64,000 bases of DNA, taken from Ptychomitrium polyphyllum (lineage: Eukaryota). The notes beneath the pieces were generated by a model. That model was not told the DNA's origin. It searched no databases and saw nothing but the letters and a program-made list of their open reading frames with translations. The stretch is taken from the NCBI GenBank assembly GCA_973851085.1, contig OZ316776.1:3968001-4032000 (forward strand). The letters are read 5' to 3'. The position numbers and the translations under genes were made by a program. Below, piece by piece: positions 53,101 through 64,000 of this stretch. Every line of letters begins with the position of its first letter. Position 1 is the first letter of the stretch.

Positions 53101-54061
53101 CATTCCATGCAACAAGATAGTAACGGAAGAAGAAACTGCCAAGTTGTTCCTAAATCACGTCTATCACATACATGGACTACCAGATGATATTGTATCCGAT
53201 TGGGGGCTACAAACCATTTCCAACTTTTGGAAGGCTTTATTTTAGCTGTTGCGTGTAAAGATCAATCTTTCTTCAGCACACCATCCACAAACTGATGGCC
53301 AAACCGAACGTGTAAATCAAATTTTGGAGCAGTACCTTTGTTGTAGTATAAACTACCAGCAAGACAACTAAATGACCCTCTTGCCTTTGGCAGAATTTGC
53401 TTACAACAATACGGTGCATTCTTCAATAAGTCAAAGTCCATTCTTTGCAAACTATGGGCATCATCTTCAAATAGATCCATTTCAAGTGAAGCATGTTGTA
53501 AGTCCTACAGCAGAGGATTTTGCAATTCAACTTGCTAAAATCCATCAAGAAATTACCTTCCAATTACAACAAGCTCAAGATCATTACAAAACTTATACAG
53601 ATCGCCATCGGAGGGACCATCTACAGTTCAAGGTTGGAGATAGCATATGGCTCCTATGACAAAATATACAAAGAAAAAGACCATCAAAGAAGTTGGACTA
53701 TCAAAGGCTGGGACCGTTTGAAATCAACAAACAAATAAATCCGGTTAGTTATCGCCTAAAGCTACCACCAAGCATGCAAATTCATCCAGTATTCCACGTA
53801 TTGTTGTTGGAAACCTATAACAAATCATGTATACCAAAGAGAATTGTCTCTCCACCTCCTCCGTTGGAAATCAATAATGAAATTGAATATGAAGTAGAAG
53901 AAATTTTAGATTCACGCATCAAGAACGGACGTGTGGAGTGTTTTATACATTGGCAAGGATATGGCATCAATGACCATACATGGGAACCTTCAATGAATGT
54001 AACAAATACATCCAAGAAGATACGCAAATTTCATCAAAGATATCCTCAAAAACCAGATTAG
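50150..54061 (+). pseudogene. Inner element gag(C-terminal part)-pol pseudogene
   Basis: gag GPKPMQIDA and CLYCGKSRHKVHDC; protease [19 protein letters not shown] and YLDD (51713-51724); RNaseH EADASDFALG; integrase HDFPAAGHFG..CNIC..SMDFIT; chromodomain EYEVEEILDSRIKNGRVECFIHWQGYGINDHTWEP. Premature stops throughout. Confidence 0.93.
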
Positions 54062-54226
54062 TGATGATGTGTCATTTGTAGCCGTTAGCTTCACAGAGAA
54101 GTTTTTTCCTTCATAGACAAGTATAAAAAAGGAGGAGAGATATCCAAACCTCCAATTGTATGCAGCATTATTTCTAAGATAGATCATTTCTAGATCTTAG
54201 CTAGTATGTCAAATTTTTGTGTTATC

Positions 54227-54664
54227 ATGGATATGAGTGAAGAGCAGTCGGCCATGCCTTCATCAACAACAGCATCTATTGAGCCAATTCAACTTTCTCA
54301 GCCCTTGGTAACGGAGGATCTAAGTCAAGATATGGGAGGGACATCCCAACGTTGAGTACGACCTCGTGCAGAAGTATTGACTAGTCGCCCTTCATATTCC
54401 AGTTTTGATTTAGATGCTTGCGCTCTAGTTTTCTTATTAGAAATTGGAGGAGTCACTCCTAGAGGATCCGAAATCTTGTTTGGAGGATGTCTTGAAGGAT
54501 TTAATCAAGATCAGAACTTGGAATGGAATATTTCAACAACAGAATTCTTGGCTGGTGGCCATTGGCGCTTCTTGCAAGGACCAGTTGAACCAGTCAACAA
54601 TGAATAACTAGCAGAGTATGTTGCTTCACTCCTTCAACAAATTTTGGAATTTGTTGAAATGTGA
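54227..54664 (+). pseudogene. Additional ORF of the inner element (~145 codons, two in-frame stops at 54353 and 54605), unknown function
   Basis: One frame reads MDMSEEQSAMPSS...QR*VRPRAEVLTSRPS..ACALVFLLEIGG...GHWRFLQGPVEPVNNE*LAEYVASLLQQILEFVEM*. Both stops are one C-to-T change from CGA or CAA. Homologous to the outer extra ORF. Confidence 0.72.
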
Positions 54665-54719
54665 TAATCAAGCCAAGAAAATAGCTCTTCATGGGAGTCG
54701 TCGCTAAATGGGGAGGTGA

Positions 54720-55262
54720 TGTCACGGACATAGATCATGCAAGCATAGTCCTTAGAACATTCTAGAACCTTCTAGTATACTATAATAGCTTCTTAGACTA
54801 CTTTTAGATGTTTCTATTGTCTTTCCATGTTCTTAGGACGATTCCTAGGAATGTTTTCCCACTTTAGAAAACTTCCTAGGAAGGTTCCGCTACATTATAA
54901 AACTTCCAAAGAAAAATCCGCTACATTATAAAACTTCCAAGGAAGGTTCCAACTCCTTGGAAGACTCTTAGGAAGGTTTCAACATCTTAAGAAACTTCTT
55001 GGGAAGGTTCCCTAGACTTCCAGAACATTCTTAAGCTTTGTAAGAAGCTTCTTTAGAAGTAGCCTAGGAGATACAAATGTCATAGTATAAAATAGGAGGC
55101 AAGACAAGGTATTCCTTAGTCTTGCCAATACAAGTTGTGAATCATCTTGAATCATGCCTTGTTCTAGTCTTTGTATCAAGTTCTTGTTAATCATTAGTTC
55201 TTTGGAAGCTAATTTTTGGGAAACACTTCGTTTTTGCTTCTTGTTTTTTTATGTCCCTAACA
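54720..55262 (+). repeat. 3' LTR of inner element (543 bp)
   Basis: TG...CA ends, preceded by the PPT and followed by TSD ATTGG. Confidence 0.92.
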
Positions 55263-55370
55263 ATTGGAGTATGTTGCAAAAATCATGCGACAAATTTTTT
55301 ACTTCTTTCAACTCTGAATACTTTGTTGCAATATGCTCTTTGGAGTCTTAAGAGCTAGAAGAGGAAGTGA

Positions 55371-55747
55371 TGTCTTAGACATATATATTAGAAGTATATA
55401 AAAAGGTTCTTAGAAGGTTTAGGAAGCTTCCAAAGAAGCTACATCAGCTTAGAAGGCTTCTATTGAAGTTACCTTGGATTATAAAGCTTTTGAGGAAGGA
55501 ATTCAAGATTGCTTGGGTATGAAGCAATGTAGTAGAACCTTCGAAGGCTTGTAGTTCTAGTATATATAAGAATGGAGGCTGAAGGGATCTTTAGTCTCAA
55601 CAACACATTTCTTGTAGTCTAGCTCAGACCTTCTGGCCTTGTCTTTGTACCTTGTTATAGCTCTTAACCTCTAACATACCTTGGACATATCTTGTTCCAT
55701 ATCTTGGAATTCTAAAGCCTTGTCTTGTAATTACTATATCCGTAACA
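55371..55747 (+). repeat. 3' LTR of outer element (377 bp)
   Basis: TG...CA ends, preceded by the PPT and followed by TSD TCTAT. Confidence 0.92.
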
Positions 55748-55941
55748 TCTATAGTTGATGTATAAATGATAGATATTTATAACGTAGCTAAGTCTTTTAA
55801 TAATGAAGTTTGCTTGAAATGTAAAGAATTAGTTTCAAGTTTAGATTTTTGAATTTCAAAATATATCAAAAGAATTAGTTATAATAGATTACTAACTATG
55901 AATATGTACAACTAAATCTCTTTAGCAGTTCTCTTTAGTTT

Positions 55942-56081
55942 ATAATTAACTCTTATATGTTACTGATGTTACTTATATAACATTAATTATGATGATGAAT
56001 TAATTTATGTTCATAATTAACTCTCATATGTTACTGATGTTACTTATATAACATTGATTATAATGATGAATTCATTTATGT
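55942..56081. repeat. 71-bp tandem duplication (2 copies, few mismatches)
   Basis: ATAATTAACTCT(T/C)ATATGTTACTGATGTTACTTATATAACATT... starts at 55942 and again at 56013. Confidence 0.85.
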
Positions 56082-56898
56082 GGGTATCATTAATAAAATT
56101 CATAAATTTTCCAAGTACGTTGGTAACATTGGATGAATGCTTCTATGTTTGTTCATTATTATTATAACTTTGTAAATGTATCAAATATCCCAAATGTCCA
56201 TTTCCTATACATAAATAGAAAATCCTTTTAATTTCATAGTCCATGACATTATTAAATTCAATGAAAAATGAAATTTCTTGTTATTACACAAGATACATCA
56301 TTGATCTTTAAAAAAAAATTGTGAAAATAAAATTATTTTATTTTGCAATTTGCAATTGAAAACAAGGATTAACAAAATGCACTTGTTGAAAAATTTCATA
56401 GGAAACCAATTTCCATAACCCACTTTCTTTTATCAACACTATATTTGAATATTCCACTCAATGAGCCACACATGATCTTCAATTTGAATTTGGATTTGGA
56501 TTCGTAATAACAATTTACACAGGCTTTGGACCAATCACAAGCTTTTTTATATTTTAAATAGTGATTTTTTGCAAATATTATCAAGGCAAGCAGCTCATTT
56601 TTTGACTGCTAAGCTTCTAACATTCTTTACTTAGTATGGATCTGCTTGAGAATGGCTGCCTTAGTTTGCAAGGAATGCCCCACCAACACACAAATAATCT
56701 ACTCTTATCAGCTGTTTGTGAACTGGTACCTGTTTTGAAAAAATATATTACACTTCCAAATAATGGCATCCACTTTCAAAAGGTAAGTCCCCTCCACTGT
56801 TCATGATGTAATGATCAACCTCAATTTCGAAGTGACGAGATTGGGCGTTCATTCCAGCCGTCGATCGCTGCGACGACGCGGAACCGTAGGATGCGGGA

Positions 56899-56907
56899 TT
56901 AGGGTTT
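56899..56907 (-). promoter_or_regulatory. Telo-box upstream of RPL7 copy 1
   Basis: TTAGGGTTT (AAACCCTAA on the minus strand) about 140 bp upstream of the ATG. Confidence 0.55.
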
Positions 56908-57042
56908 GGGGGAGAACGAGAGCCTTGAGGGAGGTGAAGGCAGAGCGTTGCGCCAGAAGCGGTCCTTTTGCAGCTTGCTCGCCATAGCCCACACCGGAGG
57001 TCAGGCTCCCAGTAGACTCATTGCCGTTATCACGCGTTCGCC

Positions 57043-58749
57043 ATGAGTGCTGCAGAGGCAACCCCGGCCGTCGTGCCCGAGACTCTCCTCAAGAAGCGCA
57101 AGCGGGACGAGCAGTGGGCGGCCCTCAAGGCCGAGGAGGTTGCCGCCTCCAAGACCCGCAACGCTAAGAACCGCACGCTTATCTTTAAGCGCGCTCAGCA
57201 GTACCAGGAGGAGTATGAGAAGCAGGTCAGTTGTTCGGCTGCCGTTTAGGTTGCAAATTGTGAAGGACTTGTGAATCGTAACCGTTTGGGCATTGTGTGC
57301 ATATCTGGGGCTTTGTAGTGTTTTTTACTTTTTTGTTTCTCTTTTACCTTCTTTCTTGATCATTAGGTGAATCGGTATTATTCCGTTGAGGGCACGATCT
57401 GTATTTCCCGGAATGAATTGTAATTTCGATACATAGTACGAATCAATGTTCTTGATCTAATGTATTGAGGAGAGATGCAATCGTTCTGTCATTTTCGTGT
57501 ATTTCTGGCGTTGAAAGCTGAAGCGTATCGTTTGTTGTGAGTTTTTCATATTAGGGTTTAGGGCACAGTCCAGTAAGCACATCTGTGGCAGTTGCTGTTC
57601 TGGGATTTTTTTTCGTCACTCATTCTGTTACCTATCTCATAGACGACTCCAAAGGGAGATATGATGTCTAGTCCTACACCGGTATTTTTACCACCGTTTT
57701 TCCTTTTAATTTGTTTCTCGTTAGCTTGGAGTTCGGTCTCTGCGTTCGTTCAAGTATCTGAAAATTTAGTTCTGTCGTCGCTCTTGGAAGCTGCAACTCT
57801 GCTTGTAGGGATGTTGCCTCTCTAGGGATTCATTTTTCTACGTCTCTTTGCTTTTCAGGAATCTCAATTGATCAGTTTGAAGAGGGAGGCAAAGCTGAAA
57901 GGTGGTTTTTATGTGGAGCCCGAGCCCAAGCTTATGTTTGTCATCCGTATTCGTGGGTGAGATTGAATGTGTCGCAAATTATGTCCTTTTCTTAATTTTA
58001 GGGATTTTCACGTGATATTTTATGAACTGTGTCCTTTCACTTCACGACACAACTCTAGGAAGTGTAGATGAATATTTTAGGATGATTGTTCTTAAAACGT
58101 TCTCCATGTCTAGTTTGTTCTTTATCTAATTTATCTTCGACGGTCTCCAAGCGTCAAATTAATTACTGTTCTTGTTGTGACAGTGTCAATGACATGCATC
58201 CTAAGGTCAGGACAATTATGCAGCTATTGAGGCTTAGGCAGATCTTCAATGGTGTGTTCATGAAGGTGAACAAGGCCACCGTGAACATGTTGCGTAGGGT
58301 TGAGCCCTATGTCACCTACGGGTAAGTCAGCAGCTCCTGTTAGTTCACAGTCCTGGTGTTGAACGGTTTATACACATGAGACCTTTGTGTTAGCGACCTA
58401 TGAATGACTTCGTGCTGGGGGTGTTCACAGGTATCCCAACCTGAAGAGTGTGAGGGAGTTGATCTACAAGCGCGGGTACGGCAAGCTTAACAAGTGCAGG
58501 ACTCCTTTGACCGACAACAGCGTCATTGAGGAAGCTCTTGGCAAGTTCGGCATCATCTGCATTGAGGATCTGATCCACGAGATCTACACCGTCGGCCCAC
58601 ACTTCAAGGAGGCCAACAACTTCTTGTGGCCTTTCAAGCTGAGTGCCCCACTTGGTGGTCTCACGAAGAAGAGGAACCACTATGTTGAACACGGTGATGC
58701 TGGCAACAGGGAGACGAAATTGAACAAGCTCATTCGTCAGATGAACTAG
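57043..58749 (+). CDS. RPL7: 60S ribosomal protein L7 (uL30), 245 aa; exons 57043-57225, 57859-57956, 58184-58321, 58431-58749
   Basis: [140 protein letters not shown]. The 738 nt are in frame. Confidence 0.97.
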
Positions 58750-61700
58750 AGTCGCAAATTTTGATGTCTGTTTCTGTAAGACATTATTACCTGTTAAGAT
58801 CATTTCTGCTAACCTAAAGTTTTCCAATAGCGGTTGTGGTGTGCTGTAGAGTGCAATGGAGTCGATGCTGGATTCTAAGAGGCCTACCTGTCAATTTTTG
58901 CTGGATATTTGTCTTCTCATTGGTTGATCGTCTGAGTCTATCTGAAATGCTCACAAACTTATCCAAGCAAACTCTATTCTTCTACTACCCTGACTAAATT
59001 GAAGCAGTTGCTCTGCATTTTGTAGAGACGTTTTCCTTGTGACTCAGATTCTGCGGTGTAGAACTTCTGGACCGACCGTACTTCAAGCTGGTTAAACTGT
59101 AGTAGGTTGTGCGCACCTTATTCAAGTTTTGTTTCTCTTTTTCACATTCTGCGCCTTTACCACTAGGACAGTTAACATGCGTGGTACGCACTGGACACTT
59201 ATTGCATCTTTAGTGGAAATTCCTTGTATTCAGCATGTGTAAATGTTATTTTTTATGCGAGTACCATAATTGTGACGCACACCTAGCCAAAAATGATTAA
59301 TAGAGAAAAAACACCATGTGATCCTAACATAACTATATATAAGTACTGAAGATTGAATTCTTTTATAACACCGAATCTTGTTTAGTACTTTGGTGTATTG
59401 AATAGCTTCGATCAACTAAGGGTGTAATCTTTTTGAGTATGTGAAGTGAATATTTGAACCATAATGCTGAAAGAAGGATAAAGTCAAAAAAATCATTCAT
59501 ATCAACCATTTGAACAATCATGAACTTTGCACTTGTTGACTATTGTTTAAGCTAAATCCAGTTGTTTACAATTGAGTTAGAATTAGTTCAAAATATTGGA
59601 CTTTCTGCCCGAAAATCAAATCCACAAGTGAAAATGATTAGCAAATTGCCAATAAAATTCAATTACAAGAAATTTTTACACCTGTAAGAAGCCCACAAGT
59701 AACTAAACAATTCTTGAATGAACATATTAGCTTTTGACATTATCAGTTTAAACTTATTTATTTTTAATTTTTAACTAGAAATTTGTTTCACATCATTTTT
59801 AAAAACAAACTGATACAAATAAATATAACTAAAATGTATTTTGGAGTTTGAAAATTCACATTACAATGTCTTAATGTCTTAATGAGGTTCCAATTTTGTG
59901 AAGAAAAAGTTGACCAAAATATAACATTTGTGTGTTTAAAAGTTTGTTCAACTTTTACAATGCTTTAAATTGATGAACTATTTAATATACAACAACTACA
60001 CTCAATTTGGAATTTGATTCTACAGTTTTTTATTGAAATTGGACAAAGATTAAAAGATAATAGACTATTCTAAAATTTAGCCATTTAATGTTTTAGAAAA
60101 CATCATTGAATGTCTTTAAGGATTAAATGTTAATTATTTTCAAAACATTCATAATTTTCAAGAAACACATCTTTGGTAATATAATCAATTTATGATGTTA
60201 ATAGATAAAAAGTGTATTCATTAAAAATTATAATTCATTATTTATTTTTATAATCACTTTATTATTTCAATATTATTTGAAGTAATTTCTAAAAAGTAAG
60301 ATATGACTTGATTAATATGACTTAATTAAGTTGTTTAAAAATAATAAATCATAACACTTGATTATTTATTGTTCCAATGTAGTAAAATCTACAATATAAT
60401 ATTTAAGCTTTTAAATGCAATTTATATATTGCTTAATATTTGATAGTAATAGTGAATTTGAAATTTTTATTGATTTCTTTTACAAACACAATATTGAGAA
60501 AAATAACAAAAAAGCACATATGGGCCTAGTATACTCTTTCAAATGAAGTTGGTCTAGAAATGTTATTCCAATTTCTAATAAAAACATTAAGTATTTAAAT
60601 AAAATTTTGATTAATACTTTATATAAACTCAAATTATATTCTTGATTCATGTTATACAAATTATTCTTTCTTGTATTTGGAAATAAATTCATACCCAAGA
60701 TATTTGTTTAAAGAACTCATGCTATTTTATTTAATAATTAAAAAAATTATAGTATGTATAGATGTATATAAATGTTTCATATGTCAAATATATAGTATAA
60801 TTTTTAATAATTAATTCACTTCAATTTAATTAATTTCTTTTATAACTTGAAACCTTGAATTTTTTTTTGAATCCAAATTTTCTATATCAAAAATAAATTT
60901 AACTCCACTAAAATGATTTTATTTTATAAATTAATATAATCACGCAATTTAATCACAACTAAATTCCATTATTCAATGTATATTTCAAAATAAAATGAAT
61001 AATAAGAATAAAGAAAAAAACATAAATATCAAAGATTTTGAAATTCTACATTTTTTGATCAAATATTATTATGATCATATTAAATTAGAATTTAAGTATC
61101 AAATTAAAGTTTAACCATAAATCGTGTTAAATAAAATAGAAAATAAATCATATTAATAAGTAGAATATAAGTTTAGCATGTAATTTAGTCATTGAATTCA
61201 TGTAATATCATCAAATCTATTATATTAATATCAAAAACATATGTAACATTTCAAATTAGACATCTTGATATTTATCAAGGTAAGTGTATTTTTCATTTCA
61301 CATATAATTTTTTTTTATAAAATATACATTTAATTCAAGGTGGAGCTTTAATAAATTTAATTCATCAATTTGTTTCACTATACACACTACAAAATGTTAA
61401 TATCAGTTTATGTAATTTTTAAAATTTCATTGAGGTGCATTATAATTATCATCAAAGAGCTTCTAATGATTTATTTTAGACATGATAAAATATAAAAATA
61501 AATTATTTAATCCACACAAATGATTGAAAATTAAGTTTTAACTTTTCTATAGTTTAGTTATTTCGTAAATTCAACATATTTATAAAGTAGAGATTATTCA
61601 ATATAATTTTACTTCATTTTTTATTTAGTTTATGTTTATGATTTAAACACAAATTCCAGTACCAAAACATTACATTCAAATTTAATCAAATTGTTTAAAA

Positions 61701-63174
61701 TCTAAATCTAAAAGCATTTTTTCAAACAAATCAAGAAACAAGCTTTATATCTTTGGGCAAGACCAAGAATGATTAATTAATATATTTCTATTATTTATTA
61801 TAATAATACAATTAATAATATCTATTATTACCAAGTTTATAATTAAGGCCTATAAAAAGTAGTTTTAGTTCATTGCATAAAACTGCATTGAAGCCATTTT
61901 ATTTGACATGCAAAATAGTATTTTGCAATTTTTGTTATATGAAACTCTATTATTACTTTTTATGTTTCATTTTCTATTTTGTAGAATTCTAAATGCAAGT
62001 ATTTAGTTGTATTGAAGTATATTTAATATATCATACTAATATATATTTTATAGCCATGTAGATTTTAAAATAAAATTTAATGCAAAATCTATAAATAAGA
62101 AAATTGGTCCAATTCATTCTTGTAGATTTTTTCACTTCCTTTCAAATGGCAATCATTTATTATTCATTGAATTTACATATTACAATGTCAAATTTTTTGC
62201 AAAAACTACTCTAATGAATGTTAATAAATACTTTCAATTCCATATTAATATTATTGTTAGAAGTTGGAATATTGCATCACTAATAGGAATTTCAATTTGA
62301 GCAACAATGACTATACTTATCTTTTTAATGAAATGTCTATAAAAAAACTTCTAATATCCTTATAATATTCATAAAAAATACCTTTTATAACCTTATTAAA
62401 ATGTTACCATAATGTCACCAAATTTCAAAACAAATTACAAAAATTTATAAATTTGTGGTTGTTGGAAACCATTGTTATTTGGTGCTCAAAGTACAATTTT
62501 GTCACTATCTAAGAATAGTTAGTTAAATGGTGCAATCATTTTTGCAAATACAATGCATTTCTCAACAAGCCAATAAATATTTAAATCTGCCTTATTAAGT
62601 CCATCAAGGTCCATTTTAAACCAAACTAACAATTTTATTAATCAACCTTAAAGCTTGTGACTTGATATTTATTGCTTTAAATTATAAATATTTAGAAAGC
62701 ACTTTCAATGACATAATGTTTGATCCTCAATCTTCAATCTTCAATCCTCAATCCTTGATTTTTTACACTTAACAGTTATTTTCACATAAAAATATAGTAA
62801 TAGACCACTAACATATATCCATTGCATATAGGATTAAGAATATAATGAACAAACACCCTATTCACACGAGCTTCAGCTTCCTCTAGGCAACAAAATTCCT
62901 GTTTTGTGCGAACCCGGGCGTCTATTTCCAAGGATTTCGTCTCCACAATAAACCCCTCCATTTACATCCCCCTGGACCCAAAATTAAAGCCCGGGCCCGC
63001 AATCCGAGCCCGGGTGCGCGAGGTGATGGGTTAGGGTTGGGAGATTGGAGGTGGAGTGTGGGCGCAACAACCGACCACGACGACGAGGAACTCCCTTTTG
63101 GTTTGCTGCTCTTCGTCACGCAGGGAAGCAGCTCTGGTCACCTTGCATCTAATTCTGTACTCCCTAGGGTCGAC

Positions 63175-64000
63175 ATGGAGGTCGATACTCCCGCTGCCAG
63201 TACCGCAGCTCCTGCTGCTGAGGCGCTCATCAAGACGGTACCCGAGACTCTGCTCAAGAAGCGCAAGCGCGATGAGCAGTGGGCTATCAACCGCAAGGAG
63301 CAGTTGGAGACTTCCAAGAAGAACAATTCGACGAATCGTACGCTCATCTTCAAGCGTGCTGAGCAGTACATCCGGGAGTACCGTGGTCAGGTGCGGTTCG
63401 GTGATTTTTTCGGGTTTGGAAAGGTTAGGGTTTGGCACTGGTGATGGGTTTAGGGTTCTGCATTTTGGGTTTACGGATTGTGGCTATGGTGAGCAGGAGG
63501 CTGATATGATCAGGTTTAAGAGGGAAGCCAAGCTGAAAGGTGGTTTCTATGTCGAACCTGAGGCTAAGCTTATGTTCATCATTCGTATTCGTGGGTGAGT
63601 AATGAATCAGTCCTTCGTAGTCCAAAATTGACATTTGAGGGTAGGATCTTTTTTTTCCGAGGAGAAGATAGTCGGATTTTCTATGTCTCAATTAAACGTT
63701 AGAGGTTAATTATAACTGTATGTGCTTCAATTCTTTGTTTGTAGAAAATTGATTCGTAAATCGTATCTGTTGGTAACTCTGGAAATTTGTTCCAAACCTA
63801 CTTTGTCTAAACCTCACTTTTCGTCAGGGTCGAGTTTCGTGTTACTCACACCTTTTCTTGTTGCCCAGTGTCAATGACATGCATCCCAAGACAAGGAAGA
63901 TCATGCAGTTGTTGAGACTTAAGCAAATTTTTAATGGTGTATTTATGAAGGCGAACAAGGCTACCCTGAACTTGTTGCGGAAGGTTGAACCATATGTTAC
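63175..64000 (+). CDS. RPL7: Second, diverged 60S ribosomal protein L7 (uL30) paralogue, 3' truncated by window; exons 63175-63390, 63497-63594, 63869->64000
   Basis: [111 protein letters not shown]. Intron positions are the same as in copy 1. Confidence 0.93.

Larger units (their letters stand above)
49296..55262 (+). mobile_element. Inner (nested, younger) Ty3/gypsy chromovirus LTR retrotransposon, decayed, with probable 5' internal deletion
   Basis: 5' LTR 49296-49929 (TCTCATGGACA, from TGTCACGGACA) and 3' LTR 54720-55262 (TGTCACGGACA...TAACA). TSD ATTGG at 49291-49295 and 55263-55267. PPT GGGGAGGTGA 54710-54719. Confidence 0.95.
48995..55317 (+). pseudogene. Additional ORF of the outer element (116 aa, unknown function), split by the nested insertion: 48995-49295 joined to 55268-55317
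   Basis: Removing the inner element plus one ATTGG copy restores an uninterrupted frame ending ...RYYRWLQGPMNHLSFERQLEYVAKIMRQIFYFFQL*. Homologous to the inner element's extra ORF. Confidence 0.75.
43954..55747 (+). mobile_element. Outer Ty3/gypsy chromovirus LTR retrotransposon (Tcn1-like), decayed, interrupted by a nested element
   Basis: 5' LTR 43954-44308 (TGTCAC...) and 3' LTR 55371-55747 (TGTC...AACA). TSD TCTAT at 43949-43953 and 55748-55752. PPT AGAAGAGGAAGTGA 55357-55370. Domain order gag-PR-RT-RH-INT-chromodomain. Confidence 0.95.

Noticed and set aside
57226..57858. Intronic snoRNAs in RPL7 or RPS28 introns
   Set aside because: Only imperfect C boxes (ATGATGT, ATGATGC), without convincing D-box/stem geometry or guide sequences.
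58390..58827. 145-aa minus-strand ORF and similar antisense ORFs over UBC, STR8 and RPL7 copy 2
   Set aside because: Antisense shadows of codon-biased coding exons.
59400..62850. AT-rich tract between the RPL7 copies as a possible decayed TE or viral insert
   Set aside because: No motif, terminal repeat or reading frame that I could support by eye.

Overview
Eukaryotic (land-plant) nuclear DNA. Gene structure, very AT-rich intergenic tracts and the retroelement type suggest a moss such as Physcomitrium, which is inference. Seven spliced protein genes could be rebuilt exon by exon with GT-AG introns and consistent phases: RPS28 (+), a kinase with a USP-like N-terminus and an HRDMRPNN catalytic loop (-), a UBC8/9/10-type E2 (-), a TrhO/YceA-like rhodanese STR8 (-) head-to-head with SAP18 (+), and two tandem, diverged RPL7 paralogues (+, the second truncated by the window end). 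A decayed PIF/Harbinger transposon lies at about 1.7-3.4 kb. At 43954-55747 are two nested, decayed Ty3/gypsy chromoviruses (Tcn1-like), each with both LTRs and an exact 5-bp TSD. The most interesting observation is that both elements carry a homologous extra ORF between the chromodomain and the 3' LTR (shared motif R[WF]LQGP-x9-EYVA-x4-QI). In the outer element this ORF is only visible after excising the inner element at its TSD. The elements also show a -1 frameshift signal at the gag/pol junction, a Tf1-like self-priming site (outer element only) and heat-shock-element arrays in the LTRs. All calls are from manual reading; no searches were run.
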